Assembly (NCBI RefSeq): GCF_003945235.1
Contig: NZ_RSDW01000001.1
Location: forward strand, 2,220,001-2,252,000
Length of the DNA stretch: 32,000 bases
Reading direction: 5' to 3'
Source: Edaphobacter aggregans
GTDB taxonomy: Bacteria; Acidobacteriota; Terriglobia; Terriglobales; Acidobacteriaceae
Position 1 is the first letter of the stretch. Every line of letters begins with the position of its first letter. The notes beneath the pieces were generated by a model. It was not told the origin of the DNA and did not search any database. It saw only the letters and a list, made by a program, of their open reading frames with translations. Shown one piece after another: positions 1 to 7,141 of the stretch. Position numbers and translations under genes: made by a program.

Positions 1-213
1 ATCGCTGCCGGAGGCCTCGTTGGTCTGATGGGCGTCGCTATCAAAGCCGTGGAAGGCATCTCCGAACAGCGTGGAGGCCACTGGCAGTTTGTGCGATTCA
101 GCGAACACAATCCACTCCACCACGACCTCGTCAGCGTCCTCATGTTCGCCATGCTAGCCTTTAGTCTCTACTACTTCGCAAGAAAACCATTGGACGAATC
201 CAAAAAGGTCTAA
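1..213 (+). CDS. C-terminal end of a hypothetical protein that starts upstream of the window
   Basis: Frame 1 is open from base 1 to TAA at 211-213. Hand-counted GC3 is about 66%, which is coding-like. One hydrophobic stretch, LVSVLMFAMLAFSLYYF. No family recognised. Confidence 0.45.
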   Translation: MAAGGLVGLMGVAIKAVEGISEQRGGHWQFVRFSEHNPLHHDLVSVLMFAMLAFSLYYFARKPLDESKKV

Positions 214-217
214 CCCG

Positions 218-742
218 ATGAAGCGTCTCCCGTTCGTACTCGTCCTTCTGCTTATTCTTCCCACACTAGCCCACGCCGACGACGCCTCCCGGCGCGCCAA
301 AGTCGAAGAGATGATCAGTGCCACCAAAATGGATCAGATGATGAGTCAGATGCTGGATCAGATGTCCGAACGAATGAAGACTATGACCAGCCAGCAGACT
401 GCCAATCTCAACATGTCCGTCGATCAGCGCAAAGTCTTCGACGACTATCAGGCCCATGTCAACCAGATCATGGCAGATTCCCTCTCATGGGAAAAGATGA
501 AGCCGCTCATCATTACTGTCTACAGCGAAACCTACACCGACGAAGAACTCGACGGCATCCTCGCCTTCTACCGCACCCCCGCGGGTCAGGCTCTCATCGC
601 CAAATCACCACAGGTCTTGGCAAAGACAATGGATCTCGTGCAAAAGCAAATGCAGGACATTCAACCCAAAATCCAGCAGGCCACGCAGGACTTCACCCAC
701 CAGATGAAACAGCTAAACTCAACCGCACCTGCAAAACCCTAA
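218..742 (+). CDS. DUF2059 domain-containing periplasmic protein
   Basis: Signal peptide MKRLPFVLVLLLILPTLAHA. The body, ...YSETYTDEELDGILAFYRTPAGQALIAKSPQV..., looks like the DUF2059 family signature. Confidence 0.75.
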   Translation: MKRLPFVLVLLLILPTLAHADDASRRAKVEEMISATKMDQMMSQMLDQMSERMKTMTSQQTANLNMSVDQRKVFDDYQAHVNQIMADSLSWEKMKPLIITVYSETYTDEELDGILAFYRTPAGQALIAKSPQVLAKTMDLVQKQMQDIQPKIQQATQDFTHQMKQLNSTAPAKP

Positions 743-772
743 CCCACCTCTTCTCATTCCCACCGAAACCGG

Positions 773-805
773 ATGCCCCACATCTCGATTCTGAGATGTG
801 GGCAT
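773..805. terminator. Hairpin between convergent genes (candidate bidirectional terminator)
   Basis: ATGCCCCACATCTC gattc t GAGATGTGGGCAT forms a 13-bp stem with one bulge. It lies between the stop at 742 (+) and the stop at 849 (-). The U-tract is weak. Confidence 0.5.
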
Positions 806-848
806 TGCGCAAAAATGCGACCGCCTTTCTCCCTTGAGAGACGTGACC

Positions 849-1253
849 TCAGCTCAGCCTCTCCGTACTGATGGCCTCATCATGCCTCTCAATCAACGCT
901 GATTCCTTAGGCTTCAATCCACGCAGCGTCTCCAGCAACTTCGCCGGATGGAACGACTCCAGATGAAAGTCTGCTCTCGGGCATCCATCGAATCCAGGAA
1001 AAGCAATGACGACAACTGGGATCTTCGGCTGTATCGCCTTCAGCTCCTCCGTCAGTTCCTCCGCAGAGATATCGTCGATCCCCCCATCCAGCACCACCCC
1101 ATCCACCGCCGGAAAGCGTTTGAATACCTCCAACGCCTCCCTGCCGCTATACGCCGTAAGCACATTGAACTTAGCGGTCTCGATCACCAGCTTTCGCGTC
1201 GAGATGCTCCCAGGAAACTCGCGGTCGATCACAAGAAAGCAAGGTCTGATCAT
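849..1253 (-). CDS. Stand-alone response-regulator receiver (REC) domain protein, degenerate
   Basis: CheY-like alternating pattern: LVIDRE ... EALEVFKRFPAVDGVVLD ... IPVVVIAF ... The phospho-Asp position is retained (VVLD). The acidic pair is DR, the T/S position is A, and the conserved K-P is replaced by H-P. Confidence 0.65.
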   Translation of the reverse strand: MIRPCFLVIDREFPGSISTRKLVIETAKFNVLTAYSGREALEVFKRFPAVDGVVLDGGIDDISAEELTEELKAIQPKIPVVVIAFPGFDGCPRADFHLESFHPAKLLETLRGLKPKESALIERHDEAISTERLS

Positions 1254-1401
1254 GCCGAAGATTATCTATTACCACTCTGACGTCTGCCTAATCAGCGAAA
1301 AAACCTGTCAAGCCCCCAAACAGCAAATCCCCGCGCCAATCAAGCCGATTCGCGTGGCGTAGTAATTCCACTCGATCCGCTACACTGAATACAGAGATAG
1401 A

Positions 1402-1439
1402 AAAGCCCCGGTCAAACCACCGGGGCTTTCCTTTTTTTC
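1402..1439. terminator. Rho-independent terminator, bidirectional architecture
   Basis: AAAGCCCCGG tcaaacca CCGGGGCTTT forms a perfect 10-bp stem. It is followed by CCTTTTTTTC on the + strand and by TTTTCTATC on the - strand. It sits downstream of the - strand kinase gene. Confidence 0.8.
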
Positions 1440-1450
1440 AGCCAATCAAC

Positions 1451-1562
1451 ACCTAAGCCATTTGAATGGAATACTTTGCAGTATAGACACCCCTAAAATC
1501 AATACTTTACGAGGAGGTCCGAACCTAAGCCAAATGATTCTAATACTTTAGAACCTAAGGCA
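1451..1562. repeat. Intergenic direct repeats (28-bp unit twice, plus a partial third)
   Basis: ACCTAAGCCAtttGAatgGAATACTTTg at 1451-1478 and ACCTAAGCCAaatGAttcTAATACTTTa at 1523-1550. GAACCTAAGGC recurs at 1551-1561. AATACTTT occurs three times (1470, 1501, 1542). Confidence 0.7.
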
Positions 1563-1585
1563 TGGGTAGGGGTACAACCGAGAGA

Positions 1586-3040
1586 TCACCGCGAACTCTG
1601 AGCCAGCGGAAGGGCAAACGAGAACACCGACCCCTGCCCCGCCTGGCTGGTCACCTCAATCGACCCGCCATGCGCCTCCACAATCGCCTTGGCGATCGCC
1701 AGGCCCATCCCGGTGCCCTGAACCCGATACCGCTGCCCTTGGCCGCGGTAAAACTTGTCGAAGATCATCATCCTCTCAAAATCATCGACACCCGCGCCGC
1801 GATCCGCAACGCTGGTCACTAGCCGACCCTTCGCCACTTCGGCACTAATAAAAATTGGAGCCCCCTCAACCGAGTACTTCGCAGCATTCTCCAACAGATG
1901 CTGCAACACCTTCGCGATGCGCTCCAGATCCATCTCCACCCTGGGCAGCGAGTCTGGCAGCCGAACGTCAACCGGATGCGTCCGCAGCGGCACCTGCACC
2001 GCCTCCAGCGCCTCATCGACAGCCTCACGCATGGAATGAGGCCGCAAATCAAGCTGAATATCATGCGCATCCAACTCCGCCATCTCCATCGCCTGACCAA
2101 CCAGGCGATCGAGACGGCCGGCCTCCTCTTCAATCACCTGCATCATCTCATCGCTCTGCTCGCGATTGAGGAGCGGATCAGTCCGCAGGCTGGTAATGGC
2201 CGCAGTGATCGAAGTCAGCGGAGTCCGCAGCTCATGCGCAACCGAATCCAGCAGCGCATTGCGCAGCCGTTCGCTCTCACGCGAAGCCTCTACACGCGTC
2301 AGCGTCTCCACCGCACCGGCACGCTCGATCGCAATAGCCGCAAGCCCGCAAACCGCATCTAGCGCCTCAGGAGAGGTCCCCGACCCAGTGATACCCACCG
2401 CCCCAATCGGCCGCGTCCCCAGCAGGATCGGCACCAGCGTCACATCGCGCTCCTCGTCCCGCCGATGATCGCGCATGAACGCTGCATCACGAAGCTCCGC
2501 CGCCGTCACGTCCATATAGTTCGGACTCGACCGGTAGATACGGTCCTTCTCGCGCAAATAAACCGCCGCCCCCACAAGGTTGAACGTCGCCGCAATCATC
2601 TGCGGCAGTACATTCAGCAGGTCGATCACATTGCCCTTCACCAGCATCTGCTGGCTGAACTCATACAACCGTTCCGCCTCGCGCTGACGCCGCCGCGATA
2701 TCTTCGCCTCGCTCCGAGCTTTCTCCGCCAGTTGGCTCGCGACAATGCCAGTGACCAGAAACGCAAATAACGCAATCCAGTTCCGTCCATCGCCAATCGT
2801 GAAGGTAAGCACCGGCGGTAGAAAGAAGAAGTTGAAAGCAGCCGCAGAGAGGATAGAAAGATAAATCGAATGGCGAAGACCCCAGTTGGCCGCGACCACC
2901 AGAATCCCAATCATGAACGTTAGCGCGACCGTAGTCTCATTGACATGCAGCCAACGAAAGTAGACAGCTACAATGACAGCGGCAGTAGCCGTTGACACCA
3001 CGTACCGAATGACACTTTTCCTAGCCGATCGTCGCACCAC
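1586..3040 (-). CDS. kdpD: KdpD C-terminal half: membrane-anchored sensor histidine kinase (4 TM / DUF4118-like, GAF-like, HisKA, HATPase_c)
   Basis: Four N-terminal hydrophobic helices. H-box is SVAHELRTPLTSI. N/G boxes are LLENAAKYS, DRGAGV and GTGMGLAIAKAIVEAHGG. Domain order is identical to residues ~400-890 of full-length KdpD. GTG start at 3040, with an alternative GTG at 3037. Confidence 0.85.
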   Translation of the reverse strand: MVRRSARKSVIRYVVSTATAAVIVAVYFRWLHVNETTVALTFMIGILVVAANWGLRHSIYLSILSAAAFNFFFLPPVLTFTIGDGRNWIALFAFLVTGIVASQLAEKARSEAKISRRRQREAERLYEFSQQMLVKGNVIDLLNVLPQMIAATFNLVGAAVYLREKDRIYRSSPNYMDVTAAELRDAAFMRDHRRDEERDVTLVPILLGTRPIGAVGITGSGTSPEALDAVCGLAAIAIERAGAVETLTRVEASRESERLRNALLDSVAHELRTPLTSITAAITSLRTDPLLNREQSDEMMQVIEEEAGRLDRLVGQAMEMAELDAHDIQLDLRPHSMREAVDEALEAVQVPLRTHPVDVRLPDSLPRVEMDLERIAKVLQHLLENAAKYSVEGAPIFISAEVAKGRLVTSVADRGAGVDDFERMMIFDKFYRGQGQRYRVQGTGMGLAIAKAIVEAHGGSIEVTSQAGQGSVFSFALPLAQSSR

Positions 3041-3054
3041 CCTATCTTAGCCGT

Positions 3055-4209
3055 ATGCCCAACCGAGACCCACAATCCGCCGCAGCAAAGAGCCCAGAAG
3101 AATGGCTCGAACAGGTCGCGCCCGAGAAGACGCGCGGCACCTTCAAGCTCTTCCTCGGCTACGCGCCCGGAGTAGGCAAGACGTACAACATGCTGAGCGA
3201 AGCAATCCGGCGCCATCAGCGCGGCGAAGACATCGTGATCGGCGTAGTCGAGACACACGGTCGCCCACGCACCGCCGAGCTGGCCCAACAACTGGAGCAG
3301 GTCCCACGTCGCAAGATCGAGTACAAAGGAGTCGTCTTCGAAGAGATGGACCTCGACGGCATCTTGGCCCGCAAGCCGCAAATCGTACTCATCGACGAGC
3401 TCGCACACACCAACATCGAGGGCAGTAAGCACCGCAAGCGCTACGAAGACGTCCTCGATATCCTAGCCGCAAATATTGACGTACTCGCCACCATGAACGT
3501 GCAGCACATCGAGAGCGTCGCGCCCACCGTCCAGAGCGTCACCGGCGTGCAGATCCGCGAGACTGTTCCGGACTGGCTGATCCAGCGAGCTGACGAGATC
3601 GTGATGGCGGACCTAACGCCCGAAGCCCTGCAGACCCGTATGCGACGCGGCGACATCTACGGAGTCGACCGCGCGGAAAAGGCATTGGCAAATTTCTTCC
3701 GCCGCGGCAATCTGATCGCGCTCCGCGAACTTGCGTTACAACACGTCACCAAGGCCGTCGACCGCACCCTGACGGCCTACATGGACGCCAAACGCATCGA
3801 AGCCAACTGGGCTGTGCGCGAGCGAGTAGCAGTCTGCATCAGCTCGAACAGTGCATCGCAAACCCTGATCGCCCGTGGCGCCCGAGTTGCAGAAGGCGTG
3901 GGCGGAGAACTCTTCGTTCTGCACATCGATACCAACGAAGATCTCGCCAAGGACGAGCAGAGCACTTTGGCAGCCAACCTTCAGTTCGCCCGCAACCTCA
4001 ACGCTCAGGTCTTCGTCATCAAGGGCAAGAACATCGCCCACACCGCCGCCACCTTCGTCCGTGAAAAGCGGATCACCCATATCGTCTTCGGACGCACGGC
4101 GGTCACAGGCCTGCGAAAATACCTGTACTACTGGGCGATTCAACACTTTCTGCGGGAAGCACCAAATGTCGACGTCCACATCGTCACGCAGCACTCGGAG
4201 CACGAATGA
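3055..4209 (+). CDS. kdpD: KdpD N-terminal half: cytoplasmic KdpD sensor domain plus Usp domain, as a separate protein
   Basis: Walker-A-like FLGYAPGVGKTYNML, then VVETHGR ... LIDELAHTN ... TMNVQHIES, typical of the KdpD N-terminal domain. A C-terminal Usp-like region follows (VAVCISSNSAS ... HIVFGR). It ends where TM1 would begin in full-length KdpD. Confidence 0.85.
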   Translation: MPNRDPQSAAAKSPEEWLEQVAPEKTRGTFKLFLGYAPGVGKTYNMLSEAIRRHQRGEDIVIGVVETHGRPRTAELAQQLEQVPRRKIEYKGVVFEEMDLDGILARKPQIVLIDELAHTNIEGSKHRKRYEDVLDILAANIDVLATMNVQHIESVAPTVQSVTGVQIRETVPDWLIQRADEIVMADLTPEALQTRMRRGDIYGVDRAEKALANFFRRGNLIALRELALQHVTKAVDRTLTAYMDAKRIEANWAVRERVAVCISSNSASQTLIARGARVAEGVGGELFVLHIDTNEDLAKDEQSTLAANLQFARNLNAQVFVIKGKNIAHTAATFVREKRITHIVFGRTAVTGLRKYLYYWAIQHFLREAPNVDVHIVTQHSEHE

Positions 4210-4922
4210 AGCAACCGGAACGCGATCTGCCCGCGAAGGTCTTGATCGTAGATGACGAGCCCCAAATCACGCGCGTACTGCGAACAGCACTCTCGACGCA
4301 GGGTTACTCGCTTCGCATCGCTGCCAACGGCGTGGAAGGAATGGAAGCCGTCCATGAGTGGCGTCCGGACCTGGTGATCACCGACCTCGCCATGCCTGAG
4401 ATGGACGGCGTCGAGCTATGCCGCAGCATTCGCGCCATCTCGAAAGTCCCCATCCTTGTTTTGTCGGTACGCAATCAGGACCGCACGAAGATCGAGGCGC
4501 TCGATGCCGGCGCGGACGACTACGTCACGAAGCCCTTCAGCATCCAGGAACTACAAGCCCGCGTCCGAGCCCAGCTTCGCCGCCACTTTGCAAGCCAACC
4601 GGAAGCCCAACAGGTGATTGCTCTCGGAGACTTCGTGATCGATATTCCGCAACACCGAGTAGTGGTTCGTGGTCAGGAGGTTCACCTGACTCCAAAGCAG
4701 TTCGATCTGCTCGTTGTCCTGGCTCAGCATGCAGGCCAGGTGTTGACGCATCGTGCCCTTTTACATGCCGTGTGGAACTCCAACGCAGATCAACCGGAAT
4801 ATCTGCGCGTCAACATCGGCCAACTACGCAAGAAGATCGAAACCTCCGACGAACCGCAGTACATCATCACAGAACCCTGGATCGGCTATCGTTTCCGGCC
4901 AACGGGCAAAGACGACATCTAG
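4206..4922 (+). CDS. kdpE: OmpR-family response regulator KdpE
   Basis: REC domain (VLIVDDEPQI ... DLVITDLAMPEMDG ... KPF) plus winged-helix domain (LTPKQFDLLVVLAQHAG ... YIITEPWIGYRF). Its ATG overlaps the upstream stop as ATGA. It sits in the kdp locus. Confidence 0.9.
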   Translation: MKQPERDLPAKVLIVDDEPQITRVLRTALSTQGYSLRIAANGVEGMEAVHEWRPDLVITDLAMPEMDGVELCRSIRAISKVPILVLSVRNQDRTKIEALDAGADDYVTKPFSIQELQARVRAQLRRHFASQPEAQQVIALGDFVIDIPQHRVVVRGQEVHLTPKQFDLLVVLAQHAGQVLTHRALLHAVWNSNADQPEYLRVNIGQLRKKIETSDEPQYIITEPWIGYRFRPTGKDDI

Positions 4923-4926
4923 CGCG

Positions 4927-4967
4927 TCTTTACGAATTCTTTACGAATTCCCTATCCATTCTTTATG
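4927..4967 (+). promoter_or_regulatory. Candidate KdpE operator: tandem 11-bp direct repeats
   Basis: TCTTTACGAAT occurs twice in perfect tandem (4927-4937, 4938-4948), giving TTTACG hexamers at 4929 and 4940. A third hexamer, TTTATG, lies at 4962, which is 22 bp further on. It is located between kdpE and kdpF. This is the same architecture as the E. coli KdpE site (TTTATA-N5-TTTACA). Confidence 0.6.
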
Positions 4968-5132
4968 CGCAAAGTCGTTCCATAGCAATAGCAGCGTTCG
5001 CGAAGGAGGCGACGATGCGACGCCATGCGCAAAACATTTGTCTCCATACGCAGTCCAGCATCACACAAGCCTCTAACCGACCCAATAGGCAACTCACTCT
5101 ACCAACCCCTCTGAATCATCAGGAGAATCACC

Positions 5133-5234
5133 ATGTGGGATATCGGATGCATTGCAGCGAGCGTGGCCTTCTTCCTTATGGCCATCGCCTATACCAGCGG
5201 CTGCGAGCGGCTGGGCATGAAGGAGAGCAAATGA
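5133..5234 (+). CDS. Candidate 33-aa single-TM peptide upstream of, and translationally coupled to, kdpF
   Basis: MWDIGCIAASVAFFLMAIAYTSGCERLGMKESK. SD AGGAGA at 5121-5126. The TGA stop overlaps the kdpF ATG (ATGA at 5231-5234). Hand-counted GC3 is 79%, versus 48% in the alternative frame. It is below the ORF-track length cutoff. Confidence 0.5.
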   Translation: MWDIGCIAASVAFFLMAIAYTSGCERLGMKESK

Positions 5235-5320
5235 TGCTTGAGATTGTATTGCTTGGACTCGTGACTGTCGCGTTGCTTGTCTATCTCGTCTATGCGCTTC
5301 TGCGCCCGGAACAGTTCTAG
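5231..5320 (+). CDS. kdpF: K+-transporting ATPase subunit F
   Basis: 29 aa, MMLEIVLLGLVTVALLVYLVYALLRPEQF, matching the classic KdpF pattern (one helix plus YALLRPExF). SD AAGGAGAG lies upstream. It is immediately 5' of kdpA. Confidence 0.85.
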   Translation: MMLEIVLLGLVTVALLVYLVYALLRPEQF

Positions 5321-5347
5321 CCAGATTCCTAAAAGGAAAGTTTATTC

Positions 5348-7123
5348 ATGACCGCCAACGGTTGGTTTCAAATATGTTTCTTTTTCGGCCTTGTGCTTGT
5401 TTGTGCAAAGCCTCTCGGCCTCTATATGGCCCGTGTCTTCGAGCGCGAACGCACCTTTGCCGATCGCCTCTTCAGGCCTCTCGAGAGGTTGATCTACCGT
5501 CTCACCGGCGTCGATGAAATGCATGAGATGCGCTGGACGGAATACGGCGTCGCCATGCTGCTTTTCAGCCTTGTCACCATGCTGGTTACGTATGGAATCG
5601 AGAGACTCCAGCATGCGCTTCCGCTGAACCCGCAGCATCTCGCCGGTGTAGCGCCAGACCTTGCCGTGAATACCGCTGCCTCGTTCACGACGAACACAAA
5701 CTGGCAGTCGTACGTGCCCGAGACGACGATGAGCTACCTGACCCAGATGCTCACTCTCGCTTATCACAACTTCTTTTCGGGGGCGGTTGGAATCGCACTG
5801 GCTATCGCGCTAGTGCGAGGTATCTCACGGCGTGAGTCGAAAGCGCTGGGCAACTTCTGGGTCGATACGACGCGTGCTGCACTCTGGGTGCTGCTTCCAG
5901 CGTGTTTTATCTATGCCCTACTGCTGGTATCGCAAGGCGTCGTGCAGAACTTTCGTCCCTACGATCAGGCGAAGCTCGTCCAGACGCAAACTGTAACCAC
6001 TACAGGCGCTGACGGCAAGGCGGCCGCGCAGATAGTTACAACGCAGAGCATCGCGCAGGGTCCAGTGGCCTCGCAAGAGGCGATCAAGATGTTGGGCACC
6101 AACGGCGGCGGTTTTTTCAACGCCAATAGCGCACATCCGTTTGAGAATCCCACTCCATTATCGAACCTACTGCAGATGTTTTCGATCTTCGTAATTCCGG
6201 CTGGGCTTACCGTTACCCTGGGTCGAATGACGCGCTCGCCGAAGCATGGCTGGGCTGTATTCGCAGCGATGGCTGCCCTCTTCTTTGCCGGAGTTTCTGT
6301 TGCCTACTATGCGGAATCGCAGGCTAATCCGCTGCTGCATTCTGTCAATCAGCACGTGTCGGCACTCCAGGCTGGCGGCAATATGGAAGGCAAGGAGGTT
6401 CGCTTCGGCGTCACGAACTCGGCTTTATTCTCTACTGTTACGACGGACGCGAGTTGCGGTGCTGTGAACTCGATGCATGACTCGTTCATGCCGCTAGGCG
6501 GCCTGGTTCCGCTCGTGAACATCATGCTCGGCGAGGTCATCTTCGGCGGTGTTGGCGCTGGACTTTACGGCATGTTGATCTTCGTTGTGCTCTCGGTGTT
6601 CATCGCAGGGCTGATGGTAGGACGGACGCCTGAGTATCTGGGAAAGAAGATCGAGGCGTTCGACGTGAAGATGGCCATGCTGTACGTGCTCATCTTTCCC
6701 CTATCGATTCTTGGATTCACTGCAGTTTCCTTGATGATGCCTAACCTGGGCTTGTCTTCGCTGAACAACAGCGGACCGCATGGCCTCTCGGAGATTCTGT
6801 ACGCCTACACTTCGGCCACGGGCAATAACGGATCTGCGTTTGCTGGCTTGAATGCGAATACGCACTGGTACAACTTATCCCTGGCTACAGCGATGCTCGT
6901 AGGGCGCTTTCTGATGATCGTCCCGATGCTGGCGGTGGCCGGCAATCTGGCGCAGAAGAAGCTTGTACCGCCATCGCCGGGGACGTTTCCGGTGCATACG
7001 CCACTGTTCACGGTGCTGCTGGTGGGCGTGATTCTAATCGTCGGTGCACTTACGTTCTTCCCTGCACTGTCGCTCGGACCGATACTCGAGCACCTCCTCC
7101 TGCACGCAGGCAAAAGCTTCTAA
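5348..7123 (+). CDS. kdpA: K+-transporting ATPase subunit A (K+ channel-like subunit)
   Basis: 591 aa polytopic protein. KdpA selectivity-filter-like motifs are present (TTNTNWQSY, GTNGGGFFNANSAHP, NNGSAFAG). Operon position fits. Confidence 0.95.
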   Translation: MTANGWFQICFFFGLVLVCAKPLGLYMARVFERERTFADRLFRPLERLIYRLTGVDEMHEMRWTEYGVAMLLFSLVTMLVTYGIERLQHALPLNPQHLAGVAPDLAVNTAASFTTNTNWQSYVPETTMSYLTQMLTLAYHNFFSGAVGIALAIALVRGISRRESKALGNFWVDTTRAALWVLLPACFIYALLLVSQGVVQNFRPYDQAKLVQTQTVTTTGADGKAAAQIVTTQSIAQGPVASQEAIKMLGTNGGGFFNANSAHPFENPTPLSNLLQMFSIFVIPAGLTVTLGRMTRSPKHGWAVFAAMAALFFAGVSVAYYAESQANPLLHSVNQHVSALQAGGNMEGKEVRFGVTNSALFSTVTTDASCGAVNSMHDSFMPLGGLVPLVNIMLGEVIFGGVGAGLYGMLIFVVLSVFIAGLMVGRTPEYLGKKIEAFDVKMAMLYVLIFPLSILGFTAVSLMMPNLGLSSLNNSGPHGLSEILYAYTSATGNNGSAFAGLNANTHWYNLSLATAMLVGRFLMIVPMLAVAGNLAQKKLVPPSPGTFPVHTPLFTVLLVGVILIVGALTFFPALSLGPILEHLLLHAGKSF

Positions 7124-7141
7124 GCAGAAAGAAAAAGGATC

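Noticed and set aside
1252-1362. 36-codon + strand ORF (MPKIIYYHSDVCLISEK...) between the REC gene start and the 1402-1439 terminator, considered as the cargo of an orphan + strand terminator.
   Set aside because: The terminator has an A-tract/T-tract arrangement that also serves the - strand kinase gene, so it is not orphan. The ORF has no SD and low coding character. An sRNA here cannot be excluded without RNA-seq.
4934-4950. Two EcoRI sites (GAATTC) 11 bp apart, considered as a cloning or vector artefact.
   Set aside because: They are simply part of the 11-bp tandem repeat. The flanking sequence is continuous native kdp DNA.
5015-5320. N-terminally extended KdpF (101 aa) starting at an ATG with a canonical AAGGAGG SD (5003-5009), in frame with kdpF and with no intervening stop.
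   Set aside because: Hand-counted GC3 of the extension is about 50%, against 65-80% for real genes here. The peptide is polar, His/Gln-rich and unlike any KdpF. The overlapping 5133-5234 frame looks far more coding-like. The strong SD-ATG pair is still odd and could be checked by Ribo-seq.
4418-5320. 300-aa ORF spanning kdpE (alternate frame), the intergenic region and kdpF.
   Set aside because: It is an artefact of an open alternate frame in kdpE running into the kdpF frame. Only the last 29 codons (kdpF) are credible.
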